The notes: generated by a model from the sequence alone, not told the origin. A stretch of DNA of 64,000 nt from Candidatus Heimdallarchaeota archaeon (GCA_018238155.1 JABCTZ010000032.1:32001-96000), one strand, 5' to 3'; shown: positions 52,657-63,039, numbered from the stretch's first letter. A program made the numbers and translations.

Positions 52657-53841
52657 TCAAATATTTCCAAATTCTTCGGCCCAATCTCTATGTCTAAGTA
52701 ATTCTTCAGGTGCAACACTTGGTTTAATTTTTTCAAATGCTAACATGTAATCTTGTACTGTTACAGCTCGAGCTTTGATGTCAGGATTATCTAAGGCACC
52801 TGAAATATCAAGCTCTCTAACAGGCATCATTATTGCTTCACGACAGATTAATTGAATATCTCTTCCAGAATATCCATCACTCATCTCACCAATTAGTTGG
52901 AAATCAATTGTATCTTCAATTTCTACACCTTTGGAATGAATCTCAAAGATTTTAGATCTTGCAAGTAAATCTGGCAGATTGATATAAATTCTCTTTTCAA
53001 ATCTGCTCCTAAAGGCTGGGTCAATTTCCCAGGGAAGATTTGTTGCACCAATAACCACTACTCTGTCTTCCTTTTTGGTAGTCACACCACTCATTTGAGT
53101 CATGAGTGTTGTTTTCACTCTTCGCATTGCATCATGCTCTCCTCCTCTTGCAGCAGCTATACTATCTATTTCATCAATGAATATTAGAGATGGTTGTTTT
53201 TCTTGTGCAGATTCAAATAATTGTGTAACAAGCTTTTCTGACTCTCCTAACCATTTCGAAATAATACTTGAAGCGCTGACATTGAAAAATGTAGCATCAA
53301 CTTCTGTTGCTACTGCTCTTGCAAGCAATGTTTTTCCAGTACCTGGTGGTCCAAATAATAGAATACCTCTCCAAGGATTCCTTGCACCAGTAAATAAATC
53401 CGGTCTTTTCATAGGTAATATAATTGCTTCTCTTAGAGCTCTTTTTGCATCTTCTAAACCTGCGACATTGCTCATTTTGACATTTGGTTTTTCTACGATA
53501 ATGATTTCATCAATTGCTTCTTCTAATTCATCTTTATCTTCATCTGATTCATCTGAATCTTTGCCACCACTCTTTCTATTGGACCCTCTTTTCTTTCTAC
53601 TTGAATCGGCAGGTTGCATTCCTTGATCTTTCAATTCCTTCGCTCGAGCAAGATATTCTTTTGATTTTAAGAAATACATATTTTTTAGCTGTGGATTGCT
53701 CGTGAAGCTTATTAGTTGCTGCAGTATTTCTGCAGCTTTCAAGTAATTTTGAAAAGCTGATTTATAATTTCCAGCTTGATCTTGGTCATATGCTTTTTGT
53801 GCATATTTTGATGCATATTGATACAAAGATGAATTAGCCAC
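52657..53841 (-). CDS. vps4: Vps4-like AAA+ ATPase with N-terminal MIT domain
   Basis: MIT (A..A...D..GNY..A...Y...Y..RA..LK), EKPNV, GPPGTGKT, SKWLGESEK, FIDEID, ATNLPW, C-terminal KPSV..WAEEFG. Confidence 0.92.
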   Translation of the reverse strand: MANSSLYQYASKYAQKAYDQDQAGNYKSAFQNYLKAAEILQQLISFTSNPQLKNMYFLKSKEYLARAKELKDQGMQPADSSRKKRGSNRKSGGKDSDESDEDKDELEEAIDEIIIVEKPNVKMSNVAGLEDAKRALREAIILPMKRPDLFTGARNPWRGILLFGPPGTGKTLLARAVATEVDATFFNVSASSIISKWLGESEKLVTQLFESAQEKQPSLIFIDEIDSIAAARGGEHDAMRRVKTTLMTQMSGVTTKKEDRVVVIGATNLPWEIDPAFRSRFEKRIYINLPDLLARSKIFEIHSKGVEIEDTIDFQLIGEMSDGYSGRDIQLICREAIMMPVRELDISGALDNPDIKARAVTVQDYMLAFEKIKPSVAPEELLRHRDWAEEFGNI

Positions 53842-53998
53842 TTTCGTTCACGCTCGTTATTTCATAGAATCTTCTATCTTATATATTTACCATTATAGAC
53901 ATTTTTCTCTTGCTATTCGAAACCCTATCTTTAACTATGATATCATGGTGTTTCTCTTATAAAAGTATATTATTTTACACCGTTTATTTAGATTGTAA

Positions 53999-55399
53999 TT
54001 ATTCTTTCAATTTCAAAGCGATTATAAAATCCATAACATTCGTTCCTGTAGATTCAGTTATTATTAAACCATTAGTTTCTTTGAAGAAATTATATGAATC
54101 ATTGTTTGTAAGGAATTCTTGTAAATCTAAATTCAATTGTTTCGCCTTTTTGATAATACAATTATCTATGAGTGCTCCTGCTGCATCTGTTGGACCATCT
54201 TTTCCATCTGACCCTATAGAAGCAATTACTATTGTTTCAGATTTCTTTAATGAAATTCCTGATGCCAATGTTAATTCTTGATTTCTTCCCCCTTGACCTT
54301 GACCGGTTATTTTTACTGTTGTTTCACCACAGCCAATTAGTAGGGTATTCTTTTCAACATTATTTATTGCAGTAGCAATTTTAGAACCAACATCTTTGGC
54401 TTCTCCATTTATCTCAGTAGAGAGGATCTTACAATTTAAACCGATATCAAGCGCTGTTTTTTTCATAGCTAAACACGAAACTGTATTCGAAGCAATAATA
54501 TAATTGCTTACTTTTTTAAATAATGTCTTTGTTTTCTTAGGAGAATTGCTAATTTCATTATTTATTTCCTTCTCAATTATTTTAGCTATTGCTATTGGTA
54601 TTTTTCCTTTCAAGTTATATTTTAGTACTATTTCTTCTACATCTTGCCACGTTGTAGTATCTGGAGCAGTTGGACCTGATGCAATTGTATCTATATTATC
54701 ACCAATAACATCACTGATGATAAGAGAAATTACTTTTGCAGGTTGTGCTGCTTCTGCTAATTTACCTCCTTTAATTTTTGATAAATGTTTTCTAATAGTG
54801 TTTAATTCATGAATTGTAGCACCTACATTTGTCAAGAGGTTGAAAATTATCTGTAAATCTGTAAGAGAGATTGTTTCAAGAGGTAATTCCAAAAGAGCAG
54901 AACCTCCACCACTTATCAACGAGAGAACTATATCATTTTCAGTTAGATTTTCAACTAGTTCTAGAATTCTTTTCGCTCCTGCAACACTTCCCTTATTTAC
55001 AAAAGGATGACCTGCCGATTGTAGAATTATTTTCTTTAATGGATATTTTTTCTTGATTTCTTCAGCTGGAACACATATCAAACCTTGGTGAATTCGTTCC
55101 CCTAAAATCTTCTCTACAGCTAACGCCATTGCAGCAGATGCTTTACCAGCTCCAATTACAACAATTCTACATCCTTTTTTTATCTCTATTTGGGAATAAT
55201 CAGATAATATCAATTCATTATTTTTGATGGATAGAAATTCTTCCACTACTTTCTGTGGGTTTGCTGCTTCGAGACCTTTCTCCAAAACAGCTAAAATGAT
55301 TTTACGTGCATTGAGATTTCTTTCATCACAAACCTTTGATAGTAAAATAGCTCTATTTTTGACATATTGTTCTTTTTTCTGAATTATTTTTCCCCTCAA
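53999..55399 (-). CDS. Glycerate 2-kinase (MOFRL family)
   Basis: GAGKAS, AGHP, ISGGGSAL, GATIHELN, SDVIGD, IASGPT, GETTV, GGRNQE, SDGKDG, TGTNVMD. Confidence 0.93.
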   Translation of the reverse strand: MRGKIIQKKEQYVKNRAILLSKVCDERNLNARKIILAVLEKGLEAANPQKVVEEFLSIKNNELILSDYSQIEIKKGCRIVVIGAGKASAAMALAVEKILGERIHQGLICVPAEEIKKKYPLKKIILQSAGHPFVNKGSVAGAKRILELVENLTENDIVLSLISGGGSALLELPLETISLTDLQIIFNLLTNVGATIHELNTIRKHLSKIKGGKLAEAAQPAKVISLIISDVIGDNIDTIASGPTAPDTTTWQDVEEIVLKYNLKGKIPIAIAKIIEKEINNEISNSPKKTKTLFKKVSNYIIASNTVSCLAMKKTALDIGLNCKILSTEINGEAKDVGSKIATAINNVEKNTLLIGCGETTVKITGQGQGGRNQELTLASGISLKKSETIVIASIGSDGKDGPTDAAGALIDNCIIKKAKQLNLDLQEFLTNNDSYNFFKETNGLIITESTGTNVMDFIIALKLKE

Positions 55400-55660
55400 G
55401 TATTATTTTTTCATCAACTTCTATTGTAAACTAAGAGAACATTCATTAATTACTTTTTCAGTTATTTATTATTGGTTAAATATTATTGCCGGGGTTGACA
55501 AACAATTACAAGTAGATTTCTAAGTAGAACAACAAATGCTCTCTTCAATCAGAGGTTCTTTTTAGGTGTTTATGCACCAATAATCCTTGAGTTCATTGTT
55601 TATGCAATTTATTCTGTTGCAAGAGGCAGTGAGTTCAATTTTGGAACAATCCTTTGGGCA

Positions 55661-56917
55661 GTGATGCTTATTGCTCCCGCTTTATTCTTCTATATGTTGT
55701 CACCTGTGTTTATTTATTATGTTAGTGGAGCAGGAAAATATTATGAGAAAAATCTGAAAGAGAACTTAGATTCACTATTTATATTTTCAGATGATGAAGA
55801 TCATTTAGTTGATAAACAGAAATTAAAGATTAGAGAAGAAATAAATGAAAAGCTAATTCCTAGGTTGGTAAAAGATGTCAAAGGATTGTATATTGATTCA
55901 TATATTAGTCGATCTCGTAGTGATAAGAAAAATAACTTATTGAGTAGCTTTGAATCATTGTTTCTATTTTCTATTCTTTGGTCTATTTTATCTTTAGCAG
56001 ATTTTATTGGTGTAATAATTCTTCATTACACACCAATCGCTTTAGATTTTGTTTATATTGATCAAATCACTAATGGTATAAATGTAGTAATCTTTGCTCT
56101 GATTTTTGGTTCATTAACTATTCTAAGTGATTTACTGGCATTTTATTCACTTGGACGTCTAAGACATTTAATGCTTGAAACTCTTCCAATTGTTATTTAT
56201 GTTGATGAAGAAGAGCAAATTAAAAGAAATAATTACATTAGAGCGTTAAGTCAATTTCCAATAGAAGGATTAGTAAGTGATCGATTATTACGTAAACATT
56301 CAAGACGAATTGATGGAATCTATGAACAAGAGTTTTCCGAACCACTTTCGGAAGCATTGCGTGTATATGCTAGGAATCAAGTTGCCAAACAGCAAGCTTG
56401 GAGGATATACAAACCAATATTAGATGAATTAGAAGTGACTGCTGTGCAAACAGCAATAATCAAGGATCGATTCTTTGATAGTCCTATCTATGAAATTGCT
56501 CGAGATGTTTTTAGTTATGATCATGAACTTCACTCACTTAAAACAGATATTGAATATGTAAAGAATAGATTGAATTTGTGGGATGAGATTTCTGAGGAAG
56601 AAAGAGCAACCTCATTAGTTTTCCTCTTCAGATCAACTGAGCAGCTTTTCAAAAGTATTTTAGATGGATTTGATGCTCCAATTGAGATTAATGCCAATTT
56701 TTCTGCTATGCTCAAATATCTTAAAGAAAAATCTTTGGTGAATGAAAAAGAAGAACAATCATTCAACAAAATTAGAAAGAAAAGAAATACTTTAGTTCAT
56801 CAATCCGGACGTATAGTATCAATTAAGAAGAGTGAAATTGAAAGCTTTCTACAAAGTTTAGAAAGTGTTTTACTTAAAGTTGAAAAACGATTCAAAAGCT
56901 TAAAAAGTAAAAGCTAG
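55661..56917 (+). CDS. Membrane protein with C-terminal HEPN-like domain (frame open from 55499)
   Basis: 3-4 TM segments; FRSTEQL...RKKRNTLVH (Rx4H). Confidence 0.7.
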   Translation: MMLIAPALFFYMLSPVFIYYVSGAGKYYEKNLKENLDSLFIFSDDEDHLVDKQKLKIREEINEKLIPRLVKDVKGLYIDSYISRSRSDKKNNLLSSFESLFLFSILWSILSLADFIGVIILHYTPIALDFVYIDQITNGINVVIFALIFGSLTILSDLLAFYSLGRLRHLMLETLPIVIYVDEEEQIKRNNYIRALSQFPIEGLVSDRLLRKHSRRIDGIYEQEFSEPLSEALRVYARNQVAKQQAWRIYKPILDELEVTAVQTAIIKDRFFDSPIYEIARDVFSYDHELHSLKTDIEYVKNRLNLWDEISEEERATSLVFLFRSTEQLFKSILDGFDAPIEINANFSAMLKYLKEKSLVNEKEEQSFNKIRKKRNTLVHQSGRIVSIKKSEIESFLQSLESVLLKVEKRFKSLKSKS

Positions 56918-57009
56918 GTGCAATATTAACAATAAATTCAGTTCTAGCGAAAAACTTTTTGAATAGACTTTATTCACCTCATTATTAGATGATAAAAGAA
57001 CGTGATATT

Positions 57010-57435
57010 ATGTCAGAAAGAAAGAAAACAACCTCTTCAAAGAAACCTACAAAAAAATCCAAAACATCAGCAGTTACAAAAAAGACTGGAAAAGCTAAAG
57101 CTTCTTCTACAAAGAAATCTACTGCTAAGAAACCCGCATCAACTAAAAAAGTCTCCAAAAAAGCCTCGACTGTAAAAGCACAAATTGTGAGCTATAGAAG
57201 AAGCAATCGATTACAAGTCACTAATCAAGCAATTGCCTTGATTTTAGATGATGTTAATCATAAAGCATTAGTGGGTAGAAAATTCACTCTTAACTTTGCA
57301 GATAGCAATGCTATTGCAAAAGGAATTGTTTCTGCAACTCATGGTCAATTAAGAAATAAGCGAGTAAGACTACGTTTTGCGAAAGGCGGTATGGCTGGTA
57401 AAGCAGTCAATCAAATAATTGAAATTCATATTTAA
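57010..57435 (+). CDS. rpl35ae: 50S ribosomal protein L35Ae (eL33) with Lys/Ser/Thr-rich N-terminal tail
   Basis: IVSYRRS..Q.TNQAI, LVGRK, GIV..THG...VRLRF. Confidence 0.8.
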   Translation: MSERKKTTSSKKPTKKSKTSAVTKKTGKAKASSTKKSTAKKPASTKKVSKKASTVKAQIVSYRRSNRLQVTNQAIALILDDVNHKALVGRKFTLNFADSNAIAKGIVSATHGQLRNKRVRLRFAKGGMAGKAVNQIIEIHI

Positions 57436-57510
57436 AAAAATTCTAGAGAGCAAGGGGGTCTCCTCTTCTCTCCGAGACTAATTCTATTTGTTTTTTATGC
57501 AATTAATTAT

Positions 57511-58917
57511 TTACATTTCTGGTAATTCTTTCTTCCAAGCAGATAGGAGATCAATAAGCATCTGTTTTCTTTTAACTCCACCACTTTTAATCTTATAGAC
57601 TCTAGTCATTCCTGGTGAACCAACATGTTCATACATCTGTTCTATGAACTTATCACATATATCATTAAATGAACTTGTATCATTGATAGCTTCAATATAT
57701 TTAATGAAAACATCAATAACTTTCACAAGCTCAGGACTAGGTTTTCTATCAATTTTAACTGTTTTTTTACTTCTAGAAGCTCTTTTCTTTGTATATGATA
57801 CTTTAGGAACTTTTACTCCTTCATCAAGATCTGGTTGTTCTTTCTCAGAAGCATCATCTTTTGGTTTATCTTTTTGAACACTTTTACCTTTAAGATAATC
57901 ACTTGGTTTAACAGAACGTTCATCTGGATCTTCTTCAATATTTTCTGTTGAAGCTTTGGCAGGTTTTCTTTTAACTACCTCCTGAGTAGTTTCACTTGCT
58001 TTTTGTTCTGTTACTCGTGATTGAGTAGCTTGCTGAGCCGGTGCTGAACTCACAAATTGTCTTGTCATTGAAGCTATTTGAGGTTGGAATATTTTCTCAA
58101 TTTCATGAGCATGAATAGCAATTTGATTCAATATTTTTTGTTTAGTAATATGTCTATCATCTACAATTTCACTTAGCTCTACGCCAAGGAAAGCTATAAA
58201 TTCCTTCTTGAAAGGATCATCTACAGTTCCATAGATTTCATCCAGTTCTCCAATGATATTTTCAATATTCTTGAGTGTTTTATCTGAACCTGACCCTTTT
58301 CTCTTTTCATCCTCATATTCTAGAGCAACTTCTTTAAGTTCTCTTTGAAGATCCTTCAAACGCATTTCTAATTGGCTATTCTCAACTTCTAAATCATTTG
58401 CTTCTTCTAGCTTTTCATCATATTTCTCTTTAACTTTCTTGAAATCAGTTGAAAGTGATTCGTTAGTCATTTTGAGATATTTGCTTTCTTCAGTTAATTT
58501 GATGTTTGTCTCCCTGATTTTTGCGTCTGCTTGGGGAGCTGCGGATAAATTCTTTAACTGACTTTGTAATTCTTTTGCTTGAGCATCAGTTGTTTGATAT
58601 TTGCTCTTTAGAGTAATGTTTTCCTGTTTAAGTGTGGCAGTTTCTATCTCCAATTCTTCATTTCTTTCTGAATATTTCGAAACCATGGAAATCATTCTTG
58701 GTGCCATCCCTAAACTGATTTTTTTATTATCAAGTAAAGAGATCAAATTCTCCAATTCAAAATATTTCATATCTTTTTCTTTAAGAAGGTTAGAAGGTCG
58801 AAGGAGTACATCAATATCTTCAATGAAGAAGCTCAACTTCTCGTACCCGAATTGTTTTGCTTTTTTCTCCAATATAGCAAGTTGTTTTTGAGTTATTGAT
58901 GAAGATTCTTCGCTCAT
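57511..58917 (-). CDS. Long coiled-coil protein with disordered linker and C-terminal helical domain
   Basis: Heptads over roughly aa 80-230; low-complexity charged linker. Confidence 0.7.
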   Translation of the reverse strand: MSEESSSITQKQLAILEKKAKQFGYEKLSFFIEDIDVLLRPSNLLKEKDMKYFELENLISLLDNKKISLGMAPRMISMVSKYSERNEELEIETATLKQENITLKSKYQTTDAQAKELQSQLKNLSAAPQADAKIRETNIKLTEESKYLKMTNESLSTDFKKVKEKYDEKLEEANDLEVENSQLEMRLKDLQRELKEVALEYEDEKRKGSGSDKTLKNIENIIGELDEIYGTVDDPFKKEFIAFLGVELSEIVDDRHITKQKILNQIAIHAHEIEKIFQPQIASMTRQFVSSAPAQQATQSRVTEQKASETTQEVVKRKPAKASTENIEEDPDERSVKPSDYLKGKSVQKDKPKDDASEKEQPDLDEGVKVPKVSYTKKRASRSKKTVKIDRKPSPELVKVIDVFIKYIEAINDTSSFNDICDKFIEQMYEHVGSPGMTRVYKIKSGGVKRKQMLIDLLSAWKKELPEM

Positions 58918-59205
58918 TTTTTTTCGCCACGCATTAGATAAGAACGTTATTCTAATGATTGAAAAAGTTTTTCTTTGTAAAAAAGCTATCGAACTTCTTT
59001 ATTACCTTTCGGTTTGTGCTATTTTCCATATAATTTAGTCCCATACTTGAACATTTAAATATGTTAGAGAATTTTCCTAAAAAACATTTAAAAGATTAAG
59101 ATAACAATTATGCTTATCTGGTATTTAGAATCAATTTGTACTTTCATTAAAGTTTAATAACACATTATTATTGTTATCTTTATAAAACGAATTGAGGGTT
59201 ATTAT

Positions 59206-61245
59206 TTGGTACTCCCAAAAGATTTCAATTTACATGAAAATCGTTTATCCAAAGATTCTTTGGAAAGCATAGAATTTCAATTCGAACGTTTGGGGTTAGA
59301 TTCCAAAGACATAAATATTTTTTTGAAAAGGTTTATTCGAATATCAAACTCAGCGGCATTACCTTCTGATGACTATGAGATTGTGTATTTAGCAGCTAAA
59401 ATTGCCTATATGCTTTCAGATTATGTTTATTTTGAATCAGAAGAATTTTTAGAAAAACAAATGGGAAACGACGGTGCTCGAATTTGGCAAGCCTTAGCCA
59501 AAGCCGCTCAAGGAGATCTTGATGAATCAATTAAAATATTAGAGGATATTAAAAAAATAACTGAAAATTCTGGTGATATTCTTCAACACATAGAAACTCT
59601 CAGTATTCTTGGTCAAATTTGGATTGTTCGAGGTTCCAAAGGTCATTCCAATTTAAATCAGATCATGGAGAGTATCGATAAATTCGAAGAAAAATACAAA
59701 CATTCTTTGCCGGATTTCAATCATATCTTTATGCCTGCTTATTTGCTCAAGGAGCGTTTTATGGCTCTTCAACTTCCACCAAAGGATCTAATTAAAAAAA
59801 TTAACATTATCTACAAAATTGCTGAAGAAATAGGCACTACATATTGGATGACTCATCTTCAATTGGATCTTGCTATAGCTCATTTACAAAATAATGCTGT
59901 AAAAGAAACAAGTGATTTCCTTCAGAAGGCATTTGAAACACTTGAAAATAAAAAATATCTAGCATTAGAAGCAAAAGCAATTAGAGTTCAAGGTACACTA
60001 TTTGAAAAACAAAATAAGAGTGATTTAGCTGAAAAAAAATACTTACAAGCTAAAATAGCATATTCAGAATTGAAGGATCAGATTGGTGTATCCACTTGTA
60101 TCTCGAAATTAGCAAATCTAGCTTTCACTCAAAATCAGCATGATAAAGCTGAACAGTATTTTACTGAATCTTATGCTATCTCTGAATCAATAAGTGATTT
60201 CTATGGTATGACTGTTTCTTTAAATGCACTAGCTGAATTCTCCTCAAAAAAAGGGCAATATGCGGAATCATTTGCAACATATAAACGTGCATTAGAAATG
60301 GCAAAAAATAATTCTTTTGAGCTGCTTCTTCCCTCTATTTATAGTGGTTTAGCTTTTGTCAATTTCATTTCAGGTGATTTCTGGCAGGCTGTAGAAAACA
60401 GAAGTAAAGTTGTCATTTACAAAGAAAAGATGAATACAAGTGAAGAAGAATTACTTTTCGAACATATGAAATTGGGTCAATTGAATGCGATTGTTGGCAA
60501 TTTGGATGCGGCATTTGACGGTTTCGAACAAGCATTAAATTTCTGCATGAAACTTGGTAAAAAAGATGATTTATATTTTGATATTCTTAATTGGCTGTTT
60601 GAAATTTCTACTGCACTTGGAAATTTATCATTAGCAGAAACCTATGTGAGTAGAGCTGACCTTTTCGCTTCAATTCATAATTCTGAAGAGGAAAATGTTC
60701 AAGCTTTAATATCCCGAATACGATTTTTAATTCAAAAAAGAGAACTTGCCAAAGCTGATAGTTATTTAGAAAGCGTTTTTGAGAAAGCACTTGAGTTTCC
60801 ATCAGCATTAACAATGGCATTAGCAATAGTAGAGAAGACTAATGTTTTATTGCTCCAGTATCAAGAAAAAGCTGATGAAAGTCTTTTTGAAGATGCATTG
60901 GGAAAGATGGAAGATATGGTTTTTATTTCATTAGATTTAGAATTTTTACCATTAACTATGTATGCAAAACGTGCTTTAGCAAAAGCTCTTGCTTATAGAA
61001 ATAAATACCAAGAAGGAATTGAAGAAATAGATGAAGCATGTGAATTAGCAGAACAATTGGGTATGGATAAATTTGTTGAAACAATGAGAGACGATCAAGA
61101 TAACTTGAAAAAGAATATGAAAAAAGCAGATACAATGAGTGAGAAAACACTCGAAGAAAAACGACAATCATATTTAAAGGATATTTTTGCAATATTGACA
61201 CAAACTTTCTGGTTAGTAAGTGCATCTGAACATCAACAAATTTGA
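59206..61245 (+). CDS. Tetratricopeptide-repeat protein
   Basis: Repeated LG/LA..G.Y..A...Y..AL units. Confidence 0.85.
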   Translation: MVLPKDFNLHENRLSKDSLESIEFQFERLGLDSKDINIFLKRFIRISNSAALPSDDYEIVYLAAKIAYMLSDYVYFESEEFLEKQMGNDGARIWQALAKAAQGDLDESIKILEDIKKITENSGDILQHIETLSILGQIWIVRGSKGHSNLNQIMESIDKFEEKYKHSLPDFNHIFMPAYLLKERFMALQLPPKDLIKKINIIYKIAEEIGTTYWMTHLQLDLAIAHLQNNAVKETSDFLQKAFETLENKKYLALEAKAIRVQGTLFEKQNKSDLAEKKYLQAKIAYSELKDQIGVSTCISKLANLAFTQNQHDKAEQYFTESYAISESISDFYGMTVSLNALAEFSSKKGQYAESFATYKRALEMAKNNSFELLLPSIYSGLAFVNFISGDFWQAVENRSKVVIYKEKMNTSEEELLFEHMKLGQLNAIVGNLDAAFDGFEQALNFCMKLGKKDDLYFDILNWLFEISTALGNLSLAETYVSRADLFASIHNSEEENVQALISRIRFLIQKRELAKADSYLESVFEKALEFPSALTMALAIVEKTNVLLLQYQEKADESLFEDALGKMEDMVFISLDLEFLPLTMYAKRALAKALAYRNKYQEGIEEIDEACELAEQLGMDKFVETMRDDQDNLKKNMKKADTMSEKTLEEKRQSYLKDIFAILTQTFWLVSASEHQQI

Positions 61246-61320
61246 AATTCAGGTTAGAAATTATTTCTAGATACCAGAAGGTTTTTCGGTCGTTTTTTTC
61301 TATACATCACTTGAATTATT

Positions 61321-61611
61321 ATGACTGATTTCGAAATAATTTGCCAAAAAGTAGATGATCTAATCAATTCATTAGGTGGTTACTGGTCTAAAGAATGGTT
61401 GATTGAACCTGTAATTGAAGAACTAGGTGAATTTTCTAAAGAATTACAGATTAGTGCGGGTTTACACCCTAATAAAACAACGACACCAGAAAAACTAATG
61501 GAAGAATATGGTGACTTGCTTTTTGCAGTAATTGCATTAGGCAGAGGACTAAAAATTGAAGTTGAGAAATCGTTGTTAAATACCATTTCGAAATATAATC
61601 AAAGAAAATAG
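61321..61611 (+). CDS. MazG-like nucleotide pyrophosphohydrolase
   Basis: GGYW, EELGE, EEYGDLLF, KY..R. Confidence 0.85.
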   Translation: MTDFEIICQKVDDLINSLGGYWSKEWLIEPVIEELGEFSKELQISAGLHPNKTTTPEKLMEEYGDLLFAVIALGRGLKIEVEKSLLNTISKYNQRK

Positions 61612-61705
61612 CAATTGAATTATAATCAAATAACTTTAAAACTCAGTTTAGTATTGTTTTTGTTTAGAAATCATTGTTTAATATTATGACAAGAGGAATT
61701 GTTCT

Positions 61706-62896
61706 ATGAAAGATGCAGTTTGGAAAATAGCTCAAGAAATTAAATCTGAAATAACTGAAATTAGACGCCAAATTCATATGAATCCAGAGCTTGGTTTTGA
61801 AGAAAAGGAAACATCTGAGCTTGTAGTTAAGGAACTAAAAGAACTTGGAATTGAAGTAAAAGCGAATATTGCAAAATATGGTGTAGTCGGTCTAATTAAA
61901 GGGGGCGCAGGTGATGGTCCAACTATTGGAATTCGCGCTGATATGGATGCATTAGCATTACATGAAGAAAATGATGTCCCATACAAATCTAAAATTGATG
62001 GAAAAATGCATGCGTGTGGTCATGATGCGCACACAGCGATACTCATTGGTGTAGCGAAAATTTTAGTTAAATTGCAAGATAAAATCAAAGGTAACATCAA
62101 ACTATTTTTCCAACCTGCTGAGGAAGGTTTAGGTGGAGCAAAACCTATGGTTGAAGCTGGTGTACTTAAAAACCCAAATGTTTCAGCTGTTATCGCGTTA
62201 CATGTTGATACGGACAATCAAGTTGGTCAAATCCAAGTCAAAGATGGAAGTTTAACTGCAAGTGCAGATGAATTCTGGATTGATATTATTGGAAAAGGCG
62301 GACATGCTGCATATCCACATGAAACTAAAGATCCAATTTTCATTGGTTCTCATTTGGTTAATACTATACAAACAATTGCTTCAAGAAACACTGATCCCGT
62401 CTTTCCTGTTGTTGTTACTGTTGGAACATTTCATGCCGGATCAGCATTCAATATTATCCCCGAAACTGCTCGCTTAACAGGAACAATCAGAGCTTTATTG
62501 CCAGAGGTTAGAGACGAAACACACAAACACCTCCAAAGGATTGTCAAGGGAACCGAAGAAATGTTTGATGTTAAGGTATCTCTTGGAATAAAAAGAGGTT
62601 ATGCACCTGGTATAAATGATGCGGGTCTTAATGTGATATTAAAAGAAGCTGCAATTGAATTGATTGGAACAAAGAATGTAATAGAGACTGAATATCCTGG
62701 GATGGGTGCAGAAGATTTCTTTGATTTCAGTGACAATTATCGCTTGCCTGTAACTATGTTTTGGCTCGGCTCAGGAAATAAAGAAAAGGGCATAACTGCT
62801 CCTGGTCATAATCCTAAATTTGATATTGATGAAAATGCTTTGCCAATAGGGAGCTCTATATTAGCATTAACAGCAATTAAATATTTAAACAAATAA
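61706..62896 (+). CDS. M20D-family amidohydrolase/carboxypeptidase
   Basis: HMNPELGFEE, RADMDAL, MHACGHD, QPAEEG, GGHAAYPH, AEDF, HNPKF. Confidence 0.93.
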   Translation: MKDAVWKIAQEIKSEITEIRRQIHMNPELGFEEKETSELVVKELKELGIEVKANIAKYGVVGLIKGGAGDGPTIGIRADMDALALHEENDVPYKSKIDGKMHACGHDAHTAILIGVAKILVKLQDKIKGNIKLFFQPAEEGLGGAKPMVEAGVLKNPNVSAVIALHVDTDNQVGQIQVKDGSLTASADEFWIDIIGKGGHAAYPHETKDPIFIGSHLVNTIQTIASRNTDPVFPVVVTVGTFHAGSAFNIIPETARLTGTIRALLPEVRDETHKHLQRIVKGTEEMFDVKVSLGIKRGYAPGINDAGLNVILKEAAIELIGTKNVIETEYPGMGAEDFFDFSDNYRLPVTMFWLGSGNKEKGITAPGHNPKFDIDENALPIGSSILALTAIKYLNK

Positions 62897-62913
62897 TTAA
62901 ACATTTAAAAAAA

Positions 62914-62939
62914 CCCCTTTCGGGGATTTCTTTCTTTTT
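62914..62939 (+). terminator. Hairpin plus T-rich tract after amidohydrolase
   Basis: cccc-tttc-gggg then atttctttcttttt. Confidence 0.5.
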
Positions 62940-63039
62940 ATCAAAATATCCTCATTAATCAAATTTATATGCAGAATGCTTATACAGTAATATTAAATAA
63001 TCATCAAAACTTCGAGAGAAAAGGATGATGAACTAACCT

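Noticed and set aside
53102-53626. Antisense ORFs inside vps4, and similar ones inside uvrA-like, leuS, pepF and HEAT genes
   Set aside because: Shadow frames of well-supported genes on the opposite strand
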